The position numbers and the translations under genes were made by a program. A stretch of 64,000 nucleotides of DNA from Perna viridis (Eukaryota), in NCBI GenBank assembly GCA_037379345.1, contig CM074521.1, positions 34,496,704-34,560,703 on the forward strand, given 5' to 3'. The first letter of the stretch is position 1, and every line of letters starts with the position of its first letter. Of the stretch, positions 53,701 to 61,760 are shown in pieces. Under the pieces are notes generated by a model. That model was not told where the DNA came from and did not search any database. It saw nothing but the letters and a program-made list of their open reading frames with translations.

Positions 53701-55649
53701 AAATTAGAAAAGTCATTATATTATTCTACTATGTCAAAAAGAAAATTTCACTTAAGGATGATTTTTCGATATGAAAAATCTACTGATAAATCTCTCCTTT
53801 ACTGGATCTGTTTAGTAATTTTTCAATAGAAAATTATATTATTGATAGAGTTATCTGTCCTGGAAATGTTCATTTTAGTTCATTTAGATGAAATTATACC
53901 TCAGTTTACCCAAAACAATATTGAAAATCTTTCCTATTTCCTTGATTCTGATGATGCAAATAGTCAAATACCATTTTCAAAATGGTTTTCTTTTTTTCAT
54001 ACCTTGATTTGCCATATGTCTGCTTCTTAAAGAGACTTAGCCTCAAAATCTTCGCTAACATTTACAAATCGCATTCTCATGCAGAATTAAAGTCTTATTT
54101 ACTTATTCTTTATTTTCTTATTTTACAGGTTAAGAGGGTGATAAGACAGAAATGGACTAGGTTCACCATAAGACGCCATTTGAAGGGAGGGAGGGGCCGA
54201 CCGCGTGGTTCACGGGCCTCTGACTTCATGCTCTCACAAACAGAGGTACACCCCTTGACTGCTTTTCGCAAGAGTGTTTGCCATGCACTACATGGCTGTC
54301 ACGATGAATGTGAACATAAACACGCACCTGACTGTGATAAAAAAGAGAAAAAGATTTTCTGTCCGTGTGCATGGGACGAGGATTAAAATCACCTGAAATA
54401 ATGTATTAATGACTAACGTTGTGCAATAAATATGTTCATAACACTAGTGTTGTATTCATTGGATTGGTCATTGTGTCTTCAGGTGAATTAGCACTAATTA
54501 CATTTAGATATTTCCTGTCTAACAACTAATGCACTTAAAAGCTGTTCACTCACGATAATGCTTTTTTCCATCTTCTTTAATCTTACATATTTCGTCAGTG
54601 TAGTTGTTGTGTGAATTGTCAATTTTCAAGCACAATTTGAGCATAATATTTAATGGAAATACAAGCTACATTTGTAAAAGAGATGCATTTAAGTGACGTC
54701 GCCGTGAATTAATTGTATACATTTGAAAATCATTAATTATTATTATCCTAAATCATTTGTAAGCATAACTTTTTCGAATTTTTTATGATTTTGCAAATGA
54801 CATGAATAAGTTACTATATAGCATACCTTCTATCGTGTCAGAGTTCTCGAAGGTAACTAGGTTCCAAGCATAATTTTTTTTATTTTGTCTTTCGTTTTTT
54901 ATTTTTTTGCTTTTTTATCATTATACATTTTTGGTACGTATCGTGATGTAAGACACAAGACGGTTTAATGATTTTAATTTCATATTATTTAATGTTTTGT
55001 CTTCTTTTTTTTTTTGGTAATCATATGTTTATAACATAAGAAATACCAATTTGGCGACATGTATACGTTTCTAATTTTATTATGATATATGTTTTTTTTT
55101 ATTATTTATTTAAGCTTCTTAATTATTTCCCTTTATTAGATTTTGATTTCATTTTTCCTCCTTTTGTAGCAGACTCAACTTCCCACATCATCCTTACTCT
55201 TAGCTGGATCTTCGTTGTCATCTGATAATACTTCCGGTGTTTTGAACAACAGTCGTTTCAACAAGATAACAACACCGATTCCTGAAGAGTTTATTGATGA
55301 AAACTGTACGGAAATTGAACCTATTTTCGAAAACAAAACCAATGATAAACTTGTTGTGAACAACCATTTGGAAGAGAAGTCTTTAGTAGAAAGCCATGTG
55401 GATGCTACACCAGTTATTATTCCAAACCACGTGCCGATTGGCCATTCTGTTTCCGATCATGTTGAAACGATCAACAACCTAAACAATAACACACAGACCA
55501 AAATAAACGGGGGACCCTGTAATTCTTCCATGGAATATAAACATCTTAACGCAGGTATTGAAATAAAACATTTGTCTGGGTTTGGTGATAACACATTTAT
55601 TTTACCATCCGCTGAATCTTTCGAAAGAATCAATGAAAGTGTTATTTGA
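13649..55649 (+). CDS. Class B1 (secretin-family) GPCR, CRF/DH44-, PDF- or calcitonin-receptor-like; 12 coding exons, 564 aa (alternative 451-aa form ends at 54386)
   Basis: join(13649..13730,41666..41773,44757..44863,45464..45585,46850..46976,48685..48841,49306..49436,50411..50496,52448..52583,53326..53367,54129..54245,55170..55649) gives one open frame with all introns GT-AG and phases 1,1,0,2,0,1,0,2,0,0,0. Class B motifs: C..FD.LICW, PCP, CSSDGNW, DY..C, LHCHRITIH, NMYWMFVEGLYLH, IGWGVP, CW in ECL2, FLINIIRILVTKLR, ATIILFPLLG, YCFMNGEV. Subfamily not resolvable by eye. Confidence 0.93.
15250..15372. repeat. Unclassified dispersed repeat, ~120 bp
   Basis: Close match at 24280-24400 (aaaatac.taaaaatccaaa...atgtgaaaaca.gaaac...gcgaaccgaataaaaagattacac); weaker copies near 465-570 and 41880-41950. 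Confidence 0.7.
16556..17510 (-). mobile_element. Penelope-like retroelement, 5'-truncated and degenerate (RT C-terminal half plus 3' UTR)
   Basis: Minus-strand translation with stops and frameshifts: ISMGTNGAPL..D.F..SY.ADF, SFNISFRYTDDVISL, IYSKELEI, ASYID..L, TKLYDKRDDFSFRIVNF, NIPSAPAYGV, FYGRYHELVHRYGASICTMKTELFNVS*, followed by the family 3' UTR. Ends approximate. Confidence 0.85.
17669..17866. mobile_element. MITE, 198 bp, with 24-bp terminal inverted repeats
   Basis: tactgtaaacgtactaatttttgc versus the reverse complement of gcaaaaattaatacatttacaata (21 of 24 match); TA at both ends; internal cgc(g/a)aaaatt sub-repeats. Confidence 0.75.
18156..18275 (-). mobile_element. Penelope-like 3' terminal fragment
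   Basis: gagttatcaagggaaccaaggttata...aatcaaaagaatgcaatc...ccagacatggaaaacagac matches the family 3' end. Confidence 0.8.
19783..20010. repeat. Array of short palindromic ttcacgtgaa-like motifs, probably DNA transposon subterminal repeats
   Basis: About a dozen variants: ttcacatg, ttcatgtgaa, tcacatgaaa, ttcacgtga, tcacgtgaaa, ttcacgcgaa, ttcaggtgaa. Confidence 0.65.
21811..21894 (+). mobile_element. Penelope-like 3' terminal fragment
   Basis: ttttccatgtctggtctttgtccctggataacattcttttgatt...ttattactc. Confidence 0.75.
23390..23640. repeat. GC palindrome plus short tandem gatatagggtatgc repeats, likely a non-autonomous DNA element remnant
   Basis: Perfect 14-bp palindrome cggcccgcgggccg at 23429-23442; gatatagggtatgc repeated between 23530 and 23625. 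Confidence 0.55.
25195..25290 (-). mobile_element. Partial copy (tail plus part of B box) of the same tRNA-derived element, also beside (TA)n
   Basis: gaactgtcaaatttgcgatgcaa..tttggtcgttctctccgcgggactcg matches 57325-57375. Confidence 0.7.
26174..26380 (+). mobile_element. Degenerate Penelope-like 3' UTR copy
   Basis: ttttatgagcaactcggtgggttgttctaaaaaatcagag...gcttccctattggttcacctgg and downstream similarity to the family UTR. Confidence 0.65.
27230..28240. repeat. Degenerate T/G-rich minisatellite, ~33-35-bp unit
   Basis: Recurrent gagttc(g/a)tgtctcctttg(c/t)gtct; exact 35-bp period at 27611, 27646 and 27681. Confidence 0.85.
29244..29763 (-). mobile_element. ~520-bp SINE-like non-autonomous retroelement with (TCAA)n tail and 15-bp TSD
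   Basis: Flanked by cctaaggcatgttaa (29229-29243) and ccttaggcatgttaa (29764-29778), one mismatch. 3' end reads ...atattgctgccttggcgttaaacc...tcaatcaatca. Second copy at 62473. Confidence 0.85.
29861..30059 (-). mobile_element. Penelope-like 3' UTR copy
   Basis: gagtaatcaagggaaccaagg...ctgggagcatggaccagatgcaccggaagggtaagcgtcc. Confidence 0.85.
33965..34660 (+). mobile_element. CR1/L2-group LINE, degenerate 3' part of ORF2
   Basis: Frameshifted translation GSKSKLKKVKDFKISCN, SVKYLGLCIEQ, FLYRYK, SGLNKALRNNLQVGQNK, QLRLNHI, CPSYM, YNTSSS, VKDWNNLPNKLK fits post-RT C-terminal motifs (KYLG, YNTR, WNxLP) of this group. Confidence 0.75.
34870..35211 (+). mobile_element. Penelope-like element 3' UTR copy, best preserved
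   Basis: Close match to 7450-7790; ends with the family terminus cttggttcccttgattactc. Confidence 0.85.
35540..35740 (+). mobile_element. Old, degenerate Penelope-like 3' UTR copy
   Basis: cttaccctactggtgcatcc...gagtccggattgctca...ttctggttctcctggtt aligns loosely with 35010-35210. Confidence 0.6.
37739..37878 (-). mobile_element. Penelope-like 3' terminal fragment
   Basis: Near-identical reverse complement of about 35072-35211. Confidence 0.85.
39612..39750 (+). mobile_element. Penelope-like 3' UTR copy with internal deletion
   Basis: gtcatagttttcc...gacgcttaccctactggtgcagctggtccat joined directly to cttggttcccttgataactc. Confidence 0.75.
40165..40380 (-). mobile_element. Penelope-like 3' UTR copy
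   Basis: taatcaagggaaccaagg...gcaccggtagggtaagcgtcctctgtttttctagaaacacccgccgagttgctcataaaa. Confidence 0.85.
41666..41773 (+). CDS. GPCR exon 2 (ECD: QVYCEPEFDQLICWKAAPANSIMSEPCPIPGVQLP)
   Basis: Acceptor ttttgctag, donor C|gtaaga; hormone-receptor-domain motif C-x4-D-x3-CW...PCP. Confidence 0.95.
44757..44863 (+). CDS. GPCR exon 3 (ECD: QALAFKNCSSDGNWTKTDYNVCFQHIPEEEFIPHP)
   Basis: Acceptor ttttttattacag, donor CCG|gtaagc; C-x2-DG-x-W and DY-x2-C motifs. Confidence 0.95.
45464..45585 (+). CDS. GPCR exon 4 (TM1: TEMVDEYEKHIATVMSDIYFVFSIISLLFLLISIFIFIYF-K)
   Basis: Acceptor ttttgttttctcag, donor AA|gtaagt; hydrophobic TM1 with the class B pattern S.ISL..L..S..IF..F. Confidence 0.95.
46195..46375 (+). 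mobile_element. Highly degenerate Penelope-like 3' UTR copy in intron 4
   Basis: agaggacg...cttacc...acctggtccatgctt...gttcgggtagctcattt resembles the family core. Confidence 0.5.
46850..46976 (+). CDS. GPCR exon 5 (ICL1-TM2: SLHCHRITIHVHMFISFVIKFVILIIMVEPGVTKRTNTYRDY)
   Basis: Acceptor ttatttcag, donor TAT|gtaagt; LHC.R..IH motif; part of ORF 46797..47057. Confidence 0.96.
47731..47773. repeat. (TTA)n microsatellite
   Basis: About 14 tandem tta units. Confidence 0.95.
48685..48841 (+). CDS. GPCR exon 6 (TM3-TM4: EWLCKTLIALREYGNTSNMYWMFVEGLYLHNQIAAAVFSTDAPFKLFCFIGW-G)
   Basis: Acceptor tttcctttag, donor G|gtaaga; hallmark WMFVEGLYLH and IGWG. Confidence 0.97.
49306..49436 (+). CDS. GPCR exon 7 (TM4-ECL2-TM5: VPGIIVLVWSIIMQLTYDNSCWNKYSQSDWIYLVLVPFLFVIF)
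   Basis: Acceptor ctattttag, donor TTT|gtaagt; ECL2 CW motif; part of ORF 49212..49484. Confidence 0.95.
49466..49670. mobile_element. Partial MITE with TA-CAGT terminus (pogo/Tc1-mariner-like non-autonomous element)
   Basis: Begins tacagtgcaacctgtctaaac with repeated acctgtctaa units; no intact right terminus. Related inverted motifs lie at about 5160-5335. Confidence 0.5.
50411..50496 (+). CDS. GPCR exon 8 (TM5-ICL3: INLLFLINIIRILVTKLRSNNTDESSRI-K)
   Basis: Acceptor tcttttgcag, donor AA|gtaagt; N..F..NI.RIL.TKLR motif. Confidence 0.96.
52448..52583 (+). CDS. GPCR exon 9 (TM6-ECL3-TM7: KTIRATIILFPLLGLTNIIFLYNPEDRGSLQVTYHITNAILQSTG)
   Basis: Acceptor atttttcag, donor GGG|gtgagc; PLLG motif. 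Confidence 0.96.
53326..53367 (+). CDS. GPCR exon 10 (42-nt TM7 exon: GILLAVLYCFMNGE)
   Basis: Acceptor ctattttag, donor GAG|gtaggt; matches the 14-codon TM7 exon typical of class B GPCR genes. Confidence 0.97.
54129..54386 (+). CDS. GPCR exon 11 (helix 8 VKRVIRQKWTRF...); internal donor at 54245/54246 or read-through to stop at 54384-54386
   Basis: Acceptor ttattttacag; V...I..KW.R helix-8 pattern. Donor GAG|gtacac is phase 0. The frame stays open to TAA (ORF 53982..54386). Confidence 0.88.
   Translation, partial: VKRVIRQKWTRFTIRRHLKGGRGRPRGSRASDFMLSQTEVHPLTAFRKSVCHALHGCHDECEHKHAPDCDKKEKKIFCPCAWDED
54425..54430 (+). terminator. Candidate proximal polyadenylation signal for the short isoform
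   Basis: AATAAA 38 nt after the read-through stop, with GT-rich sequence (gtgttgtatt) about 20 nt downstream. Confidence 0.5.
55170..55649 (+). CDS. GPCR terminal exon 12 (Ser/Asn-rich tail ending ...ERINESVI)
   Basis: Long pyrimidine tract plus tandem acceptor tag/cag (55169, 55172), phase 0. In frame with ORF 55215..55649: 160 codons with coding-like composition. Confidence 0.82.
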   Translation, partial: QTQLPTSSLLLAGSSLSSDNTSGVLNNSRFNKITTPIPEEFIDENCTEIEPIFENKTNDKLVVNNHLEEKSLVESHVDATPVIIPNHVPIGHSVSDHVETINNLNNNTQTKINGGPCNSSMEYKHLNAGIEIKHLSGFGDNTFILPSAESFERINESVI

Positions 55650-56170
55650 AGATATTTTGGATTATAACTAGTTGGATTAATATATATCGCTGTGCTGTAC
55701 TGTATCAATGGAGGAGTTGCCTTTAGATTGTGCGATAGTCACAAGGAAAGGACTTCACGATGATACGATCCAATGGATACACAATCACTTCAATATCATT
55801 TCTGGAAAAAAAAATAAAACACCAACGGTTTTTATGTTGATTCTCAAAGATAGAAGCTACATTACATTAGCACTGCATCTTTGTCGCTAGCAAAAACAAA
55901 ACAATATCAAAACAATACTTCATAACACGATATAAAAAACTTGAGTTATATACATAAGGGTGCATATTAAATGTTATATTGGAACAATGTTTATGCTGAT
56001 GTAAAGTAATTGCTCAACTATCGTTCATATCTCATTACAAGTGATGACGACCACGAAGTGTAGGTTCAATGTTATGCATCATCATATTTATTTAAAACAT
56101 GTATACATTTTATTATGATGTACAGTATGACCATAATTTATTGTATTTATTATGAGGAAACAAATAATGA

Positions 56171-56176
56171 AATAAA
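56171..56176 (+). terminator. Candidate distal polyadenylation signal for the long isoform
   Basis: AATAAA at the end of an AU-rich stretch with ATTTA motifs, followed by T-rich sequence. Another AATAAA lies at 55813-55818. Confidence 0.45.
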
Positions 56177-57324
56177 ACTACACTATTTAAAAAGTTTTTA
56201 TTTACGGAAATACAAGATGCTATTCCGCAACCTTTTTTTTTTGCAAAAAGCCGAAAGCGATCATCGTAAGTTATGACGTCACAATGTTATCGTGACGTCA
56301 ATATCTACGATCGACTTTACCCTTACGACTTCTTGTGACATTGGATCCAATATAGTATCTTACGCACTCATATTGGTTATACAAGGACGACTATTTGAGA
56401 ATATCTCATGAGAAGCAATTTTATGCAAAAATTAAAGTTTTTCTTGATATTATTGCACTGAGCTAATGTAATGGTCAGTATCGGTCAAGGTCTACTTATT
56501 ACCATTCTTGTATGAATGATAAGGAAAATATTTAAGGAAAAAAACACAACGTTGAACTGTTGCAAATAATAAGCTAGCTATTGTTGCACGGATTTCGTAA
56601 CTTACACTATTGTATTTGTGACAATGTATTTCTGATATGACTTGATACAAAGCTTTTTGGTAAAAAAAAGTGGCAAATACATGAACACATTTCGTGCATC
56701 TGTTAAAAAATATGAAGAAACTAGACCTATTACAATCGAAATTAATCAGGGAATCTCAATTTAATCATTGTTTTACCATGGTCTGTCCATATATGTCGTT
56801 ATTTTACATTCGCCATCGCTCGGGTAAAACAATGTGGCATACACGGCCAGCCCGTGGTAAAAAAAATAATAACATGAATATTCCGTGATTGATTTCTTAA
56901 TTACATTGAGGGGTACATGAATTTGAGATATTATTAGATAAAATCATAGAACATAGCCAGTTTATTACCATTACTAAGTTTGTGGTATGTCTTCGTATAC
57001 TAAATATGTAACGTATGACTTATTTCGCTCATAATTTGTGTTTTAAATTCATCAATCACAGATTAAATAAAATAACACATAGCTTATCTAATGTTATTGT
57101 ATGTAAATAATATTGATTGTTCATTGTTAATCAAAGTCAATTGAGGAAAAACGTCCTCTATTCCAATTCAAACATACAAACCCGTTTTTCTCTTCGTAGC
57201 TAAATACAAAAATAAAATAATTGGAAAAGCATAACCGATTTGTTCCCAATGATTATTTACTTTGAGAAAGTAACGTTATTGAACTACAATCCGTACCCTT
57301 TTGTTTTTGGGGGATGGTCTGTCT

Positions 57325-57452
57325 GAACTGTCAAATTTGCGATGCAAGTTTTGGTCGTTCCCTCTGCGGGACTCGAACTCGTATTGCTGTGACATCTATG
57401 GCAACACCGCTTGCACAAAGTCCAGCGCCCTAAACCACTCGGCCAGCTAGGC
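57325..57452 (-). mobile_element. tRNA-derived SINE-like element next to a (TA)n microsatellite
   Basis: Minus-strand A box TGGCCGAGTGG (57435-57445) and B box GAGTTCGAGTCC (57369-57380). No closing acceptor stem. Tail shared with 25238-25290. Confidence 0.75.
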
Positions 57453-57480
57453 TATATATATATATATATATATATATATA
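57453..57480. repeat. (TA)n microsatellite
   Basis: 14 tandem ta units. Confidence 0.95.
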
Positions 57481-57989
57481 GATATAGAAACAAAACGGAT
57501 GTTAGTTAGATGAAGAGCCATGCTTACGTTAAACAAGGCTCATACTCATCTGGACCTGCGTCCCTGTCATGCAAAGCAGCAAATAAGTATCTTTAATATG
57601 TAAAAAACACAATGCAATGTTTGTATATTATTCGTTTTATTCTTATTAAATTATATATAACACCATGTAAACAGCGTACAGTTACCAAACGAAAGTTCAA
57701 AATGCTAAAACTGTAGAAAAAAGGCAAATGCCTTCATAATATCAAAGGCACATCATTAATATTTATATAAACACTGTTCAGAGTAGGTTAAAAGCTGTCA
57801 TGAGTTACAGTTACTCAAAGTAGATAGACCCTAAACGTGATGATGGGACGGACAGACGGAATCGAGCGGGCTTATACCTGTTTACACCGTTGGGCACACG
57901 TCAAAAATAAAAAGACTTCTTTGACACTAGACAGAAATAGAAATGAAATAAAAACCAGATTGTTAATATTCGTATATTAAGAGAGAGAA

Positions 57990-58110
57990 GAGTGATCAAG
58001 GGAACCAAGATTTAACGGAAATCAAAAGAATACAACCCATGGATAAAGACTAGACAGCGAAAACAGACACAATCAACAAAAACATGAAATAACCAAAATG
58101 ATACGTGAAC
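57990..58110 (-). mobile_element. Penelope-like 3' terminal fragment
   Basis: gagtgatcaagggaaccaagatt...aatcaaaagaat...aaagactagaca..gaaaacagacac. Confidence 0.7.
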
Positions 58111-60894
58111 AGAAAATTGTAATGAGAATTGCTCGTACAAATAGTGGAATCTAATTATATTAAGATCCGCTGTTGCTAAATATCAAAGGATTACTGAAAT
58201 AGCACAAAAATGAATCGAAACTAAGGATAGAAGGAAAACCAATTGCCAGGCTATGACGTATCTCATAAGGTGTACATACTAACCATACTGCTTTGTCAAT
58301 GTTTTATATAAGACCTCTGCAAGCGGGTTTTTTTAGAAATCATTTACTGGATAAAATGAAAAAGATATCATAGTAATTTATAGGGAAATTGGTTTAGTTT
58401 TAGATTTTCTAACGGGTCAAACTTTTCCGAGTTTATACAACATACTTGTTAAAGAAGCATGGATAACATATATTTTGGTCTTCGATATTGGAGATGAAAA
58501 ACAAAAACAAAAACAAATAATTGTATTACAGACATCAGCAAATATTCAGAATACTTATACCTAAAACTTAGCAGGTTCGGTGGTTATAATAAAATAAGAA
58601 ATTCATTACACTAACATGGTAATTGCCATATAAGGAGATTCAAAGTAGAGTTGAAAATTTAAACAAAGTAGATTATTCGGAACTTCTATTCAACTTCTGC
58701 TTCTCAAACAAATGATGTCGGATGCAGATAAAAAAAAGTTCGTTAGATATTGTTTGTAATGGATGTACCAAAACAAAATAGTTTTCTTATCACGGTAGTG
58801 TTATGAATTATATAAAATATTAGACCAAAATGTAACTACATACAAAAAAAACGTTTGGGGCTTATATGCCAAGATAGAGGTAATGGTAAAAACTCAATCA
58901 GTTCGGCCGAAAAAAAACATATAATTGTAAAATCTGATCACAACAGATTCTTCTGCCTTGTACATACAAGATGTTCTTTCATGAGAAAGTGATTATATTT
59001 TATATCATTGGAGGCTATTTCGTCGATGTTCCTGTACCTAGATTTGAGAAAATAACTCGCACAACTATGAACAAAGGCTTAAAATAACCATGTCTTAGAA
59101 ACTTATGTGACAGTATTCATGCTATGCAAATGAAGTCAAAGTCAAAGGCATGCACGACAGTACAACATATAAACTCCAAAAGATGGAGATGTTGGTATAT
59201 ATTAAGAATTAAGAAATTAACAGTTGAGGCTAGAACTCTCCTGAGAAAGTGATTTAAAATTTTGATATCATCGGATGCTATCGAATAACTCACATGTTTG
59301 TGGAGTTAGTGGTAGTGTTTATTTCTTAACTTTCATGCTATTTTTTTTCATTTGTAAAAGTCTTTGCAATAAATAAATAAAATATATTTATATGGATAAT
59401 ACATGTCAAAATTTAGCGATAAATGTAAAAAATAACTACAGTCTTTGTTTTTGGTATCGTTGTACAAAAGGACCATTCTTGATGGAAATGATACCCAAGC
59501 TAATTATTCGAAGCGAACTTTTCATAAACATTCGGTTGGCTTTTATAGGATATTTATGTTTTGGCAGACTAAAATGCGACATTCCAAAAGGAATGATCAA
59601 AATTTTCAGGCTTATCAAACTGATGTACTACTGTGTACATGCCTAACCTAATTCACGCGACCTTCTTAGCGTTTACTACAATTAACTTCAAAGATATACT
59701 TAATTATAGAATAACGCTTCAAAAGTGGTACATATTACAAATTAATGGGATCTACAGCATTAACTAGTTTCATAATAATGATATAAATGTCATTCAAAGC
59801 TTCTGCAGTGATTGAATTGCAATTTGTTGAAGGCAGATTCATTGTCATTTAAGGAGGCTCGTGTTAATCAATATACGGAAAGAACTTGTCAAAGAAAATA
59901 GTTTTATTGTAATATAAAAGTAATTTCTATCAATAATAAACTGGTTTCTAAAGCCTTTGATGTGGGTTTAGATTTGTTTATTACTTAATGATTGCAGTGA
60001 TGGACTATATAAATAAAGTATTTGCAGCTGTAGAAGTCCTTTGAATAAAATAAAAAAAATAAAACATCATAGCATAAGTCACACAGATATCAATGTGCTG
60101 TCATGACAACACGTTTCTCGGTTTTACCAACATTGCGTAATTACAAGACATGCGTCACCATCTGTTATTTCTTTTCTGGAACATTTTTTAATATGACAAT
60201 GAAAATGCATGATTTTATATTTTATTTTATTTTTTTTATTTTTTATTTTTTTTTTTGGTATTGCCTTAAGTAGTAATCATTATAAATATTAGACAAAAAA
60301 TGATTCATGATTCAAACCAACAACATTTACACCTATCTTTATTCAGAAAAAGTAACAGACCAATCTCTGTAGCTGCACGTTTCAGGCCACATATATTGTT
60401 TATGAAATGGGAAAGATTTTTCGTTCTTAATTTGATTCATTTTAGAAGGAAATTGGTGTATTGTTTTCTCCACAATGCAGATCAATTCGCCAGCAGAAAT
60501 TTTCATATTTAAGTCAAAATTATGACGAAAATAGATGCAACCATTGGTATTGGTAGTTAAGTAGGTAGACCTGGGATAAGTAACATAGCTCATAAAATCA
60601 GTGATATATTAGCATCATATTCAACTTCAACAAAGCATATTTAATTTGAAATAGAATGAAATCAATCAATGTTACTTTGATGCTTAGATGAGATGGATGT
60701 AAAATGCTTTACACAAACGTTCCAATGATTCAAAAGGGTTATGTCCCTTTTCCCTAGGCCTATCTCCTTAAGATGAAACATTTCATTCCAGGTATGTCGT
60801 AACAACCATAAAATCATTATGTTCCGAAATTTATCATTTATGAATTGTATGAAAATTAAAAAATCGTACGAAACAAGAGAGTGGTCAATCAAGC

Positions 60895-61760
60895 AACATA
60901 ACCCTGTTCTAAACGCTTAATTGTAAGAAGTCTAGCGCGATCCAAAAAGTAAGCATAGTTACGGTAAGCTTTGGCACATCGTATGAGTTGTGATGAAAAC
61001 TCCGTGCGCAGGAGCTGAAGGGATATTGCCACAGATGAAAGGAAAGTCATTGCGTTTATATTTGGTCAATACTTTTCCTTTACCATCGATCTTTAATTGT
61101 AGGTCAATATACGAGGCTAACTTCACAGTGTCTGTAGTATCCTTTATGGCAAGTTCTTTGGGGGTAGATGCTGAATATCAAATCTCAGAAACCAGGTTTG
61201 TTTAACAATAATACGTCATCTTTATAGCGGAAACTGAGATTAAAGGACCTCGATAAACGATTTTCCCTCTTTTGAATCAGATCGGCTACAAAGTCAGCCT
61301 CATAAGAGTAAAGGAATAAGTCAGCAAATAGAGGAGCACAATTTGTCCCAATTGGAATGCCGACCGTTTTAATAGAGTAGAATAAAAAGCGTTGAAAAAA
61401 TCATAGGTTTCAGTGCTATTATATTTAATAATAATCTTGAATTGAGGGTTTCCAGAAGATCTTTCAAATTTGTCAGGATCCACATTGAATTAATACCACT
61501 ACGGGAGTAACCAGTGTCGTGTTAGGTCTAGAGACTTACTCTCAAAGTTTGACAGCTGTGAGTATAGAAGTTAAAAGTTTTAAAAGTGGTTTGGTGGTAC
61601 ATTTTGCAGATCCAACTATGTAGCGTAGCGTTGTTTTTATGGAGTTTAGGAATCCAGTACATAGGCGGTAGATCACAATCATCGTCTTTGGTAGACAGAC
61701 CAAAAGGGGATAGCACAGAATGTTGATGAAGAGTGCGGTAGCAGTATATGTCTTATTACT
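60895..61760 (-). mobile_element. Penelope-like retroelement RT fragment, degenerate
   Basis: LPPMYWIPKLHK, KCTTKPLLKLLTSILTAVK, GIPIGTNCAPLFADLFLYSYEADF, FRYKDDVL, IYPKELAIKDTT, GNIPSAPAHGV on the minus strand. Same family as 16556-17510. Confidence 0.85.

Noticed and set aside
55175-55708. Minus-strand ORFs overlapping exon 12
   Set aside because: Antisense shadows of the coding exon with no independent support.
57360-57452. Possible tRNA-Ser/Leu gene
   Set aside because: A and B boxes are present, but the acceptor stem does not close, the middle region is not canonical, and the tail is shared with another repeat copy.
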